54,589 nt of DNA from Elusimicrobiota bacterium (lineage in GTDB: Bacteria > Elusimicrobiota > Elusimicrobia > UBA1565 > JACRDR01). The stretch is from the NCBI GenBank assembly GCA_041694815.1, contig JBGFSC010000054.1, positions 1 to 54,589 of the forward strand. The letters run 5' to 3'. Below the pieces are notes generated by a model. The model searched no databases and was not told the origin of the DNA. It saw only the letters and a list, made by a program, of their open reading frames with translations. A program made the position numbers and the translations under genes. The number at the start of each line of letters is the position of its first letter. The stretch's first letter is position 1. This document shows positions 9,372 to 18,113 of the stretch, piece by piece.

Positions 9372-10159
9372 TGCGGGCCAAGCTCGACCAGCATTTCCTC
9401 GTCGACGAGTCGGCGGCCGATCGCATCGTTTCCGCGGCCGAGATAAAGCCCGGAGAGGACATCGTCGAGATAGGCCCCGGCGAGGGAGTGCTGACCCGGC
9501 GGATTTTGGGCTCGGGCGCGCGACTGACGGCGGTGGAGATAGACGAGCGGCTGGCCGCGAAACTCGAGGGCCTCTTCGGCGCCGATCCGAATTTCAATTT
9601 GCTTCGCTCCGATTTCCTGAAGCTCGATCCCGCTTCGCTGCCCTCGCCTTGCAAGATCGTCTCCAATCTCCCCTATTCGATGGCGACCTCGATCCTGCAG
9701 AGGCTGCTGCCCTGGCATGGTTGGGGCTCGGCCGTATTGATGTTCCAGAAGGAAGTGGCCGAGCGGGTATGCGCGCGTCCGGGAGGGGGCGACTACGGGG
9801 TATTGAGTATTTCGGTCGCCCTGTTCGCCGAGGCCGAGCGGCTCTTCGACGTCCCGCCGCGCTCCTTCCGTCCGCCGCCCAAGGTGGACTCCTCCGTCCT
9901 TGGGCTCAGGCGGTTGAGCCGCAGCCGCCTGCCGGAAGGGCTTTCCGAGGAATTCTTTTTCAAGGTTGTACGCGCCGCCTTCTCGCAGCGCCGCAAGATG
10001 GCGGCCAATTCCTTGGCCGGCGCGCTTCGCCTCGAGCGCGGGCTTTTGGTGTCGGCCATGCGTCAAGCCGGGCTTGATCCCGAGATGCGAGCCGAACGGA
10101 TATCCTTAGATGGTTTTTTCCGCCTCGTGCAATCGCTTTCACACATCCATCAAGCTTGA
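9371..10159 (+). CDS. rsmA: 16S rRNA m6(2)A dimethyltransferase
   Basis: QHFL, EIGPGEG.LT, SNLPY, MFQKEVAER, F.PPPKVDS, FSQRRK. Confidence 0.95.
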   Translation: MRAKLDQHFLVDESAADRIVSAAEIKPGEDIVEIGPGEGVLTRRILGSGARLTAVEIDERLAAKLEGLFGADPNFNLLRSDFLKLDPASLPSPCKIVSNLPYSMATSILQRLLPWHGWGSAVLMFQKEVAERVCARPGGGDYGVLSISVALFAEAERLFDVPPRSFRPPPKVDSSVLGLRRLSRSRLPEGLSEEFFFKVVRAAFSQRRKMAANSLAGALRLERGLLVSAMRQAGLDPEMRAERISLDGFFRLVQSLSHIHQA

Positions 10160-10180
10160 TTCAAGAGCCCGCTTTATTTT

Positions 10181-10213
10181 TAAAATAATGATTGTATTAT
10201 AATCATTATTTTA
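10181..10213. promoter_or_regulatory. 33-bp AT-rich inverted repeat, candidate operator
   Basis: TAAAATAATGATTGTA-T-TATAATCATTATTTTA (15/16 arm match); contains TATAAT and ATAATGAT/ATCATTAT Fur-like half sites. Confidence 0.55.
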
Positions 10214-10264
10214 CTTCCGACATCTTTCCTCGATCGTGCGGGATTATTCCTTTAAACTGATGGC

Positions 10265-11173
10265 ATGAAAATACGGCTGCTTGTCGTATTTTTATGGCTG
10301 CTGGCGCCGGCTGGAGCCGAAGAAGCCGTCAAGGCTCCCCTGAGCACTTCGGGATTTAACGAGGCAGTATTATCCGAACTTAAATCCGCACTTAAAAAGG
10401 AATTAGCGGCATCACTCGCGAGGCATAAGCAGCAGCTTAATCTTGAGGACAACCGAAGTGAATTTACCAAAAATCGTGATCTAATTTTAACGAACAGCTT
10501 CACGACGGATCGCGGCCTTGGAGAATACGCCTACCATCCGAACAATGGTTGGGGCAGGGAATTTATCCAGCATTTGTCGAGTCTCAGGGGACCCCAGGTA
10601 TGGATCGATGTCGGGGCAGGCGAAGCGAATGCCCAAATTGATTATTTATACGACTGTTTGGGTGCTTCTTCTTCTCGTTTCGTTTCTAAAAAGAAGGATC
10701 CAGCACGGCTTATCGCGCTTTCGGTAAGGAAACCGGAATATGCGCCTCGTTTGAAGGAGGCATTGTGGAAATGGCCCGATTCGTTTCAATACTTAGAGAT
10801 GCAAATCGAGATTTTTCCCGATTCCACGCCGATCGCCGATATAATTACTGATTCCTGGGGAGCCGCCGCCTATTCTCCCCGATTAGACCTTATCCTAAAG
10901 AAATACGGTCGAATTTTAAAGAAAGGGGGCAGGGTTTACATTTCAGGATTGCAGAGCACGCGAATTTTTAATTCACGTCGCGAGATTGAGCTGGTTGAAT
11001 GGTTCAATGCGATCCAGGGATTTAAACTATTAAATTACAAAGACGGTTCCTTCCAGTTAGAGAAGATAAGCGACGAAATCGATATCCCTGCATTGGAGAT
11101 CGTAACTTTTGAAGCGGACAGACCCCCGCGCCGTGGATATCGATGGAGGAAATCGTCCGCATCGGGCATTTGA
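10265..11173 (+). CDS. Low-GC protein with signal peptide and class I SAM-methyltransferase-like fold
   Basis: N-terminal hydrophobic signal ending AGA; WIDVGAGEA motif I; ILKKGGRVY; AT-rich codon usage. Confidence 0.6.
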   Translation: MKIRLLVVFLWLLAPAGAEEAVKAPLSTSGFNEAVLSELKSALKKELAASLARHKQQLNLEDNRSEFTKNRDLILTNSFTTDRGLGEYAYHPNNGWGREFIQHLSSLRGPQVWIDVGAGEANAQIDYLYDCLGASSSRFVSKKKDPARLIALSVRKPEYAPRLKEALWKWPDSFQYLEMQIEIFPDSTPIADIITDSWGAAAYSPRLDLILKKYGRILKKGGRVYISGLQSTRIFNSRREIELVEWFNAIQGFKLLNYKDGSFQLEKISDEIDIPALEIVTFEADRPPRRGYRWRKSSASGI

Positions 11174-11221
11174 TACAATTTCCAGGTATTCGGTGGAACT
11201 TTTTAGGGGGGTCGATCGTAC

Positions 11222-11677
11222 ATGAGTGATATGGGGGAAGTCAGAAGCCAGGTACGGCTGGAAAACTATCGTGATAGGGTGTTATTCGAGGCCGGCCACA
11301 TGGCCGAAAAGGATATCCGCGTCCAAGAGATCGAAATGATCGTCGATACAGGAGCCGTGATGAATCTTATTCCGCGGGATCTGGCCGAAACCCTCGGCTT
11401 AAAGACGGTTGACAGCGTGACTGTCCGATTGGCGGACGAGCAGAAAATTACCATGCCCAGAGCCGGCACCTTGACTCTTACGGTCGCCGGTCGGACGATG
11501 CACACGGATTGCCTGGTCGGCCCTCCCGGCTGCGAGGCATTGTTGGGGCAGATCGTGCTCGAAGGGCTCGATCTTATCGTGGACCCGCTTCAGCGCTGCG
11601 TTATTCCCCGTCCCGAGTTTCCCTTTGGCCTCACCCTTAAGCTTAAGTCCGCTCCCTTACAGCCAGTTTCACTGTAA
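11222..11677 (+). CDS. Clan AA (retropepsin-like) aspartic protease
   Basis: IVDTGA catalytic motif and ALLGQIVLEGLDLIVDP C-terminal motif. Confidence 0.85.
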   Translation: MSDMGEVRSQVRLENYRDRVLFEAGHMAEKDIRVQEIEMIVDTGAVMNLIPRDLAETLGLKTVDSVTVRLADEQKITMPRAGTLTLTVAGRTMHTDCLVGPPGCEALLGQIVLEGLDLIVDPLQRCVIPRPEFPFGLTLKLKSAPLQPVSL

Positions 11678-11818
11678 CCACCCACTTGCGTTGCGGCTAA
11701 TAGGCCCTAGGACCTATTGGTCTTGGACCAAAAGATTTTTTTAGATTAGGCCTTTTGCTCCCTGCGTGCGGACGACAAGTCTGGTAACTACTTTTTATTC
11801 AGTACCAAGGGGGTTCTT

Positions 11819-12181
11819 ATGAAGAAAGCGATGTGGAGCCTGTTGGCAGCACTCTCGTTCAGCGTGCCCGTCTACGCGCATGTCCATGACCAGGCCTATG
11901 AAGAGGCGCAACTCGCGGTGATTACGGCGGCGGTCAAGAACATGTCGCCTGAACAGAAGAAGATAATGCTAGAACGTGCGCTTCAGTTCCGAGATGAGAT
12001 CAAGGGCATGACCGTAGAGCAGTTTAAGGAATACCTGCAAACGAAGACGGAGTCTGGAGGTATACCAAACGAACTCTTGGCAATATTGCGTAACGTGAAC
12101 CATCAGCAACTAGAGGCAGCGCTAGCGGAGATGATGGAAAATACAGAGAGGCTTATTAAAGTCCTCCAAACTAATCGTTAA
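11819..12181 (+). CDS. Hypothetical exported helical protein
   Basis: MKK signal peptide ending VYA; preceded by an aagggg SD. Confidence 0.65.
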   Translation: MKKAMWSLLAALSFSVPVYAHVHDQAYEEAQLAVITAAVKNMSPEQKKIMLERALQFRDEIKGMTVEQFKEYLQTKTESGGIPNELLAILRNVNHQQLEAALAEMMENTERLIKVLQTNR

Positions 12182-12195
12182 CGGAGTAGATCGAA

Positions 12196-12519
12196 ATGGC
12201 AAATGTGTTTTATGCTCTGCTGCTCGGGTCGCTGGCCTTGGAGGCTGCGGCGATGCCAAGCTACGACAAGCCGCATCAGTGTACCCAACCCGAAGCCGAT
12301 GCGGCTCGAAAAATCATCGATGAATTAAGAAGCGACGGCCGATTGGACCCTCAAATGAAGATCATCGAGTGCATCGCGTACGGGACGGGCGAGTCCGGCC
12401 TGACGGCTTCTGTCACGCTAGAGGATGCCGATCGCCCTCCAAGGACGCCGCGCCATTTCCACATACAGGTCGTCCAGATCGAAGACGGCAAATATAAGAG
12501 GACCTTGGTCCCCAGATAA
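12196..12519 (+). CDS. Hypothetical exported protein with two Cys
   Basis: Signal peptide; ggag SD; co-oriented with the previous gene. Confidence 0.6.
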   Translation: MANVFYALLLGSLALEAAAMPSYDKPHQCTQPEADAARKIIDELRSDGRLDPQMKIIECIAYGTGESGLTASVTLEDADRPPRTPRHFHIQVVQIEDGKYKRTLVPR

Positions 12520-12732
12520 ACCCCCAGGCTGAAGCGGGCCGGCCGTCCGTCGGCCATACATCGGGTGGGATGTCATATTGGCCAAAGGCAGTCCCGCTTA
12601 AAGGTCACAAAATGTTGCCTTTAAGAAAAGTCGTTAAAAGGAGTTGCTCCGTCCCTTCGGCTTCCCCATCGCGGTGCCCGACTGACGCGAACCATCTGCC
12701 CTTTAGGCGTTTTGATACAATGCTCGCCACGA

Positions 12733-13878
12733 ATGCGAGCTCCGGGCAAGGTCCTTTTTTTCAGCGAAACTCAGGGCTGGTCGGGCGGCGCCAAGCAGCT
12801 CTTAGACCTCGCCCAGGGCCTTAAAGGCTACGGTTGGGGCATGCTCTTGGCATGCCCGGCCGACGGGGAAGCGTACCGGCGGGCGGGCCCGTTGGGCATC
12901 GAGACCATCGACATCCATCCCCGCGAGGATTACGACATCATCTCCGCTTTCCGGCTGGCGCACTTAGTTTCGGAGCGCGCCGTCGACATCGTCCACGCCC
13001 ATCACCCGCGCGCGCACGCCGTGGGCCTGATCGCCTCCTATCTCTGCCGCCGGCCTTTTCGCTTCATCGTCAGCCGCCGAGTCTCCTTCTCCATCAAACG
13101 CAACCCCTTCAGCCGTTTCAAATACCGAAGCTCGCGCATCGACCGATTTATCGCGGTCGCCGATTCCATTCGCGAGGGGCTCATCGATGCCGGCGTCGAT
13201 CCCTCGAAGGTGGTGACGATCCCCAGCGGCGTGGACCTGCAAATTTTCTCTCCCCGGCCGAAGGATGAAATTCTGGCCCGCGAATTGGAGCTGCCCCCAG
13301 GGGCTGCCGTCATCGGCGTCATCGCCAATTACGGCTCGTGGAAGGGGCAGGACATCGTGCTCGAAGCGGCCGGGCGTTTGCGAGAGCGGGGCCGAAAGGC
13401 CGTGTTTCTCTTCGCCGGGCGCGATACGCAGGACCCGCGGCTCAAGGCGAAGGCCCAGGCTCGCGGGATTCCCGCGGCCGAGCTGCGCTTTCTCGGTTTT
13501 CGAGACGATGTGCCCCGCGTCCTTTCCCTGTTGGATGTCAGCGTTAACGCCGCTAGCTCCGGGGAAGGGCTTTCCGGCGCGCTGCGCGAGTCCTTGGCGA
13601 TGGGTATTCCCGTAGTCGCCAGCGACGCCGGAGGCAACGGCGAGCTCGTGCAGGACGGCGTGACGGGGAGGCTCGTCCCGGCCGGAGACGGCGGGGCCTT
13701 GGCCGAGGCCTTAGAGCAAGTATTGGGGAATCTCGGCGCCGCCAGGGCCATGGCGGAGTCGGGGCGCCGCCTCGTCCGCGAAAAGTTTTCGCGCGAGCGG
13801 ATGTGGGAGAAAACCGATGGGCTATACCGGGCTTTGTTGAGCCCGGGTTCCGCCCAGCGACCGAAGAGCCTCGCTTAA
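12733..13878 (+). CDS. Glycosyltransferase family 4
   Basis: SGGAKQ, VHAHH, IP.GVD, KGQD, EGLSGALRESLAMG.PVVASD.GG. Confidence 0.9.
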   Translation: MRAPGKVLFFSETQGWSGGAKQLLDLAQGLKGYGWGMLLACPADGEAYRRAGPLGIETIDIHPREDYDIISAFRLAHLVSERAVDIVHAHHPRAHAVGLIASYLCRRPFRFIVSRRVSFSIKRNPFSRFKYRSSRIDRFIAVADSIREGLIDAGVDPSKVVTIPSGVDLQIFSPRPKDEILARELELPPGAAVIGVIANYGSWKGQDIVLEAAGRLRERGRKAVFLFAGRDTQDPRLKAKAQARGIPAAELRFLGFRDDVPRVLSLLDVSVNAASSGEGLSGALRESLAMGIPVVASDAGGNGELVQDGVTGRLVPAGDGGALAEALEQVLGNLGAARAMAESGRRLVREKFSRERMWEKTDGLYRALLSPGSAQRPKSLA

Positions 13879-14844
13879 GGCGCGGAAGGCCGCCTCGACC
13901 GGTATGTCCCGGCAGGAATGCCAGGAGCTCGACACGACGGAGAAATGAGGGCCTTCCCGCGGCATCCAGACCGTCTTGGTGTAGCCGCTCAAAAAACTGA
14001 AGGTCGGAGCGCCGACCGCCGCGGCCAGATGGGCCGTCCCGGTCGCATTGACGACGAGCAGGTCGAGCAGGGACAATAGCGCCGCCGTCTGCGCCACGGG
14101 TAGGGGGGGCAGGACGGGAACGGGGCGCTTGAGCCTTGCGACCAAATCCTTGACCTCATTCTCCTCTCCCGGCCCGGCCATGTAGAGGAGGTTCAGACCG
14201 GCGTCGGCCAAACGATCGCTCAGCTCGACGAATTTTTCCTCGGGCCAGCGATTGTCGAATTTCTTGAAATTGCCGGGATGGACGGCGATAATGCCGCCCG
14301 GGGGCAGGCCCAGGGAGTCGAGTCGCCGCCGCGCCTCCTGGAGCGCCGCGGGCGGGATGCGCAGGCCGGTCTTGGGCTCGTAGGGGGCGTCTAGGGCGCG
14401 CGCCAGGCGGGCGTAGCGGTCGAGCATGTGCTCGGCCTCGGCGGCCGGCTCCAAGAGGCGGGTATAGATGCAGGAGGCGCGTCCCTTGTCGAAGGCTAGC
14501 TTCACGGCGGAGCGAGCCAGCCAGGCCAGTGCGGCGGAGCTCCGGGAAAAGGAGGTGTTGAGGTCGATGAGGAGATCCCAGGGCCCACGGACGCGCAGCA
14601 GCAGGCGGAGATTTTCCGCCAAACGATGCGCCGGGCGCAGCACGAGCACTTCGTCGACATCGGGGCAGAGGGCGGCGATCTCCTCGCCCTTCTCTCCTAC
14701 GACCAGCGCGATGCGCGCCTGGGGGAAGCGGCGGCGGATGGAGGCGAGCGCCGCAGTCGAGACGATGAAATCCCCCAGACGGCCGATCCACAGCAGCGCG
14801 ATGCGGCGCGCCTCGTTGAGCTTGGAGCGGTCCATTCGAGACAT
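13822..14844 (-). CDS. Glycosyltransferase family 9 (LPS heptosyltransferase-like)
   Basis: RLGDFIVST, RFPQARI, HPG...RWPEEKF, TGTAHLAAAVGAP. Confidence 0.88.
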   Translation of the reverse strand: MSRMDRSKLNEARRIALLWIGRLGDFIVSTAALASIRRRFPQARIALVVGEKGEEIAALCPDVDEVLVLRPAHRLAENLRLLLRVRGPWDLLIDLNTSFSRSSAALAWLARSAVKLAFDKGRASCIYTRLLEPAAEAEHMLDRYARLARALDAPYEPKTGLRIPPAALQEARRRLDSLGLPPGGIIAVHPGNFKKFDNRWPEEKFVELSDRLADAGLNLLYMAGPGEENEVKDLVARLKRPVPVLPPLPVAQTAALLSLLDLLVVNATGTAHLAAAVGAPTFSFLSGYTKTVWMPREGPHFSVVSSSWHSCRDIPVEAAFRALSEALRSLGGTRAQQSPV

Positions 14845-14886
14845 GGTACCAAAAGAACGCTATAATGGTGGGGTCAAGGAGGCGTC

Positions 14887-15444
14887 ATGATCAGCACAAC
14901 GGATTTTCACGAGGGCCTCATCTACGAGGACAACGGGCAGATCGTGGAGCTCATCAAGTACCAGCACCACCGCATGTCCCAGTCCAAGGCGGTGGTCCGC
15001 GCCAAGATCCGCAACCTGGAAACGGGGGCCGTGCTGGAGAAGTCCTATCCCAGCGGCGAGAAGTTCCGCGGTATCGAGGTGCGCAAGCGGGAAAAGACCT
15101 ACCTCTACACCGAAGGCGACAAATGCGTATTCATGGACAACGAGAATTACGAGCAGGTGGCCTTCCCCAAGTCGAAACTCGGCGACCAGGTGCAATTTTT
15201 GACCGAGAATATGGAGGTGCTCGGTGTCTACGTCGACGACAAACTCTTCGCCATCGACCTGCCTCCCTGGGTCATCCTGACGGTCACCTCCACCGTGCCG
15301 GGGATCAAGGGGGACTCGGTCAGCAACATGGTCAAGCCGGCGACGCTGGAGACCGGCATCGAGATCAATGTCCCGCTGTTCATTAAGGAAGGGGAAAAGA
15401 TCAAGGTGGATACGCGCACAGCGGAATATGTTGAACGGGCGTAG
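14887..15444 (+). CDS. efp: Translation elongation factor P with atypical tip loop
   Basis: MISTTDF.EG, FMDNENYEQ, PGIKGDS, KPATLETG...VPLFIKEGEKIKVDTRT.EY; SD aaggagg. Confidence 0.95.
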   Translation: MISTTDFHEGLIYEDNGQIVELIKYQHHRMSQSKAVVRAKIRNLETGAVLEKSYPSGEKFRGIEVRKREKTYLYTEGDKCVFMDNENYEQVAFPKSKLGDQVQFLTENMEVLGVYVDDKLFAIDLPPWVILTVTSTVPGIKGDSVSNMVKPATLETGIEINVPLFIKEGEKIKVDTRTAEYVERA

Positions 15445-15464
15445 AAGGGCGAGCCCCCTCGGCT

Positions 15465-15491
15465 ACTCGCCTCCCCGTGGGGGAGGCGAGT
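15465..15491 (+). promoter_or_regulatory. 12-bp hairpin occluding the SD and GTG start of the HAD gene
   Basis: actcgcctcccc-gtg-ggggaggcgagt perfect stem; the right arm contains GGAGG and the first two bases of the start codon. Confidence 0.5.
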
Positions 15492-16182
15492 GATTAAGGC
15501 GGTCATCTTCGACATCGACAACACGCTGACCGATTTCATGCGCATGAAGCGCGCGGCGGTGGATTCCGCCGTGGAGGCCATGATCGACGCCGGCCTGCGG
15601 GTCGAGAAGAAGGAAATGGTCGACAAGATTTTCGAGGTCTACTGGAAGGAGGGCGTCGAGGACCAGAAGATATTCGACAAGGTGCTCACCAAGGAGTTCG
15701 GGAAGGTCGACTACAAGGTCCTGGCCGCCGGCATCATTGGCTACCGGAGGGCCAAGGAAGGCACGATGACGCTCTACCCGCACGTGACGATGACCTTAAT
15801 CGAGCTTATGCAGCGTGGCATACGCCGCGCGGTGATCTCGGACGCTCCCAAACTTGCCGTCTGGCTGCGCATCGTGGGGCTGGGCCTGCACCACTATTTC
15901 GACCCGATCCTGACCTCCGAGGATGTGGGGGCGCTTAAGCCCTCTCCGGAGCCCTTCCGCAGGGCCCTGGAGTTGCTCGGGACCAGGCCGGAGGAAACGC
16001 TGATGGTGGGCGACTGGGCCGAACGCGACATTGCCGGGGCCAAGAAGGTGGGCATCCGGACGGCGTGGGCTAAGTACGGCGACACCTTCGATACGAAAGA
16101 ATCCGGAGCCGACTACGAGCTCTCCGACGTATGGGATCTGGTCAAGATCGTCGAGGAAGCGAACCAGGAGGCGCGCCGATGA
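15490..16182 (+). CDS. HAD-IA family hydrolase
   Basis: FDIDNTL motif I, KPSPEPF, MVGD...DIAGA. Confidence 0.9.
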   Translation: MIKAVIFDIDNTLTDFMRMKRAAVDSAVEAMIDAGLRVEKKEMVDKIFEVYWKEGVEDQKIFDKVLTKEFGKVDYKVLAAGIIGYRRAKEGTMTLYPHVTMTLIELMQRGIRRAVISDAPKLAVWLRIVGLGLHHYFDPILTSEDVGALKPSPEPFRRALELLGTRPEETLMVGDWAERDIAGAKKVGIRTAWAKYGDTFDTKESGADYELSDVWDLVKIVEEANQEARR

Positions 16183-17759
16183 AATATGCCTTCGCTCTAA
16201 TCTTCGCCTTCGCCGCCAATGCCTCCGCTCGGCGCGTCGAAAAACTGCCGTCTCCGGCCGGCGGCGGCCGTTCGATGGAGGTGATCGCCGAGGAGGCATT
16301 CGTACGCTTCGATCCCGCGCTGCCCTCCGGAGCGCGCGTCGCCAGGCTCGAGGCCGTTGGGGCGAAGCTCCTGCGCGAGTACGGCGACGGCAGTGTGCAC
16401 GTGGCGCTTCCCTCGGGCATGTCGGTCCCCGCGGGACTTGCCGCCTTGCGGGCGGTCCCGGGGGTGCTTGCCTCCTCCCCGAATCATGCCTACCGCGCGC
16501 TCAAGCAGCCCAACGATCCCTCCCTCGGCAGCCAGTACCATTTCACGATGATCGACGCCTTCGCCGCTTGGGAATACGAGACCGGCTCCTCGAGCCGTGT
16601 CACCGTCGCCGTCATCGACACGGGAATGGACCCGACCCATCCCGATTTGACGGCGAAATTCATCGCCCAGCACCAAAACTGTTCGACGGGCGCTTGCGCG
16701 CCCGAGGGAGGGACCGGAACGCTGCCGGTATCGGCCTGCCAACACGGCACCAACGTGGCCGGGGTTGCCGCGGCCTCCAGCAACAACGGTATCGGCATTG
16801 CGGGGATCTCCTGGGGCGCGCAGCTGGTTTCCTTGCGCGTATTCACCACGACCGGCTGCAACCCGGATTGCAGCGATGTCTCGCAGGCCCAGCAGTGCCT
16901 CACCTCCGACGACGCGCTCAAAGCCGCTCTCGATTACGCCGCCAATACGCTGCAGAATTCAGCGCTGGCGGGACGCGTCATCGTTAACCTAAGCGTGGGG
17001 GCCGGCGGCACCCCCTGCCCAACTGGGGTTCCGAGCGGGGTCAACGTGCAAGCCTCGGTGACGAACGCGGTCAACAAGGGGGTTGTCGTAGTCGCCGCGG
17101 CCGGAAACGACGGCAGCTCCGTCAACGCGCCTGGCAATTGCACCGGGGTCATCCCCGTGGGCGCGACGGACGCGAGCAATAATTTGGCGGCCTTCTCCTC
17201 GCGCGGGGCGGAGCTCGCCTCCAACGGCTTGGTCGCGCCCGGGGTGTCACTGTTCACCACGAATGCGGGCGGGGGGTACACGACGGCTTCCGGCACCTCG
17301 TTTTCCTCTCCCCTCGTAGCGGGCTTGGCCGCCTTGATCGTCTCGGCGCAGCCAGGCAAGACCCCCGCGGAGGTCCAGAGCATACTGAGGGGATCTGCCA
17401 ACAACATCGGCTTGGCCTCGAACCTGCAAGGCGCGGGGCGCGCGAACGCCTACAACGCCATGCGCCTGGCGCAGACCGGCGCCTTGGCCTTCGACGGGAT
17501 GAAGAAGCCGATCGCCTTCCCGAACCCCTTCCGGGTGTCGTCGGATATCCGTGTCTCCTTCGCCGTCCCGCCTAACCTGCAGGGCTCCAACGCGACGATC
17601 AAGATATTCACCTTGACGGGATCGCTGGTCCGCACGCTCAAGGGTCTCACCTGGGACGGCAAGAACGAGAGCGGCAACCCGGTGGCGACAGGCACCTACG
17701 TCTTCCTGGTCTCTTCCGACGCCGGCAACGCCACGGGAAGGGTCGCCGTGATTCGTTGA
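16179..17759 (+). CDS. Secreted S8 subtilisin-like peptidase with C-terminal FlgD-Ig/T9SS-CTD-like domain
   Basis: Triad VIDTG, HGT.VAG, SGTSFSSP; C-terminal FPNPF...IFTLTGSLVRTL..WDGKN.SG..VATGTY. Confidence 0.9.
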   Translation: MKYAFALIFAFAANASARRVEKLPSPAGGGRSMEVIAEEAFVRFDPALPSGARVARLEAVGAKLLREYGDGSVHVALPSGMSVPAGLAALRAVPGVLASSPNHAYRALKQPNDPSLGSQYHFTMIDAFAAWEYETGSSSRVTVAVIDTGMDPTHPDLTAKFIAQHQNCSTGACAPEGGTGTLPVSACQHGTNVAGVAAASSNNGIGIAGISWGAQLVSLRVFTTTGCNPDCSDVSQAQQCLTSDDALKAALDYAANTLQNSALAGRVIVNLSVGAGGTPCPTGVPSGVNVQASVTNAVNKGVVVVAAAGNDGSSVNAPGNCTGVIPVGATDASNNLAAFSSRGAELASNGLVAPGVSLFTTNAGGGYTTASGTSFSSPLVAGLAALIVSAQPGKTPAEVQSILRGSANNIGLASNLQGAGRANAYNAMRLAQTGALAFDGMKKPIAFPNPFRVSSDIRVSFAVPPNLQGSNATIKIFTLTGSLVRTLKGLTWDGKNESGNPVATGTYVFLVSSDAGNATGRVAVIR

Positions 17760-17774
17760 AGGAAAAGAGAATTT

Positions 17775-18113
17775 TTGATAGCGTTTAACAGGACAAAGCG
17801 GAAAGCGGTGGCCGCGAGCGTCGAGCGGGCGGATTCCGCGTTCTCGCGGGCGCGGGGGCTGCTTGGAAGGGAGGGCCTCGGCCCCGGTGAAGGGCTGTGG
17901 ATCGAGCCTTGCGCCATGATCCATACCTTCTTCATGCGCTTTGCGATCGACGCGGTATTTTTGGACGGCGGTTTGCGCGCCGTCCGCGTTCTGCGGGGCA
18001 TGGCCCCCTGGAGGGTCTCGCCATGGGTCCGGGGTGCTAGCAGCGTCCTGGAGCTGGCCGCGGGAAGTTCGCAGCAGACGGTGGAGCCGGGCGATCAGCT
18101 GGAAATAAAGTGA
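17775..18113 (+). CDS. DUF192 family protein
   Basis: RARGLLGR, IHTFFMRFAIDAVFLD, SVLEL.AG. Confidence 0.85.
   Translation: MIAFNRTKRKAVAASVERADSAFSRARGLLGREGLGPGEGLWIEPCAMIHTFFMRFAIDAVFLDGGLRAVRVLRGMAPWRVSPWVRGASSVLELAAGSSQQTVEPGDQLEIK

Noticed and set aside
12520..12730. Structured ncRNA or the 84-aa ORF 12570-12824
   Set aside because: Only one imperfect hairpin (cttaaagg..cctttaag); no recognisable RNA family or protein motif.
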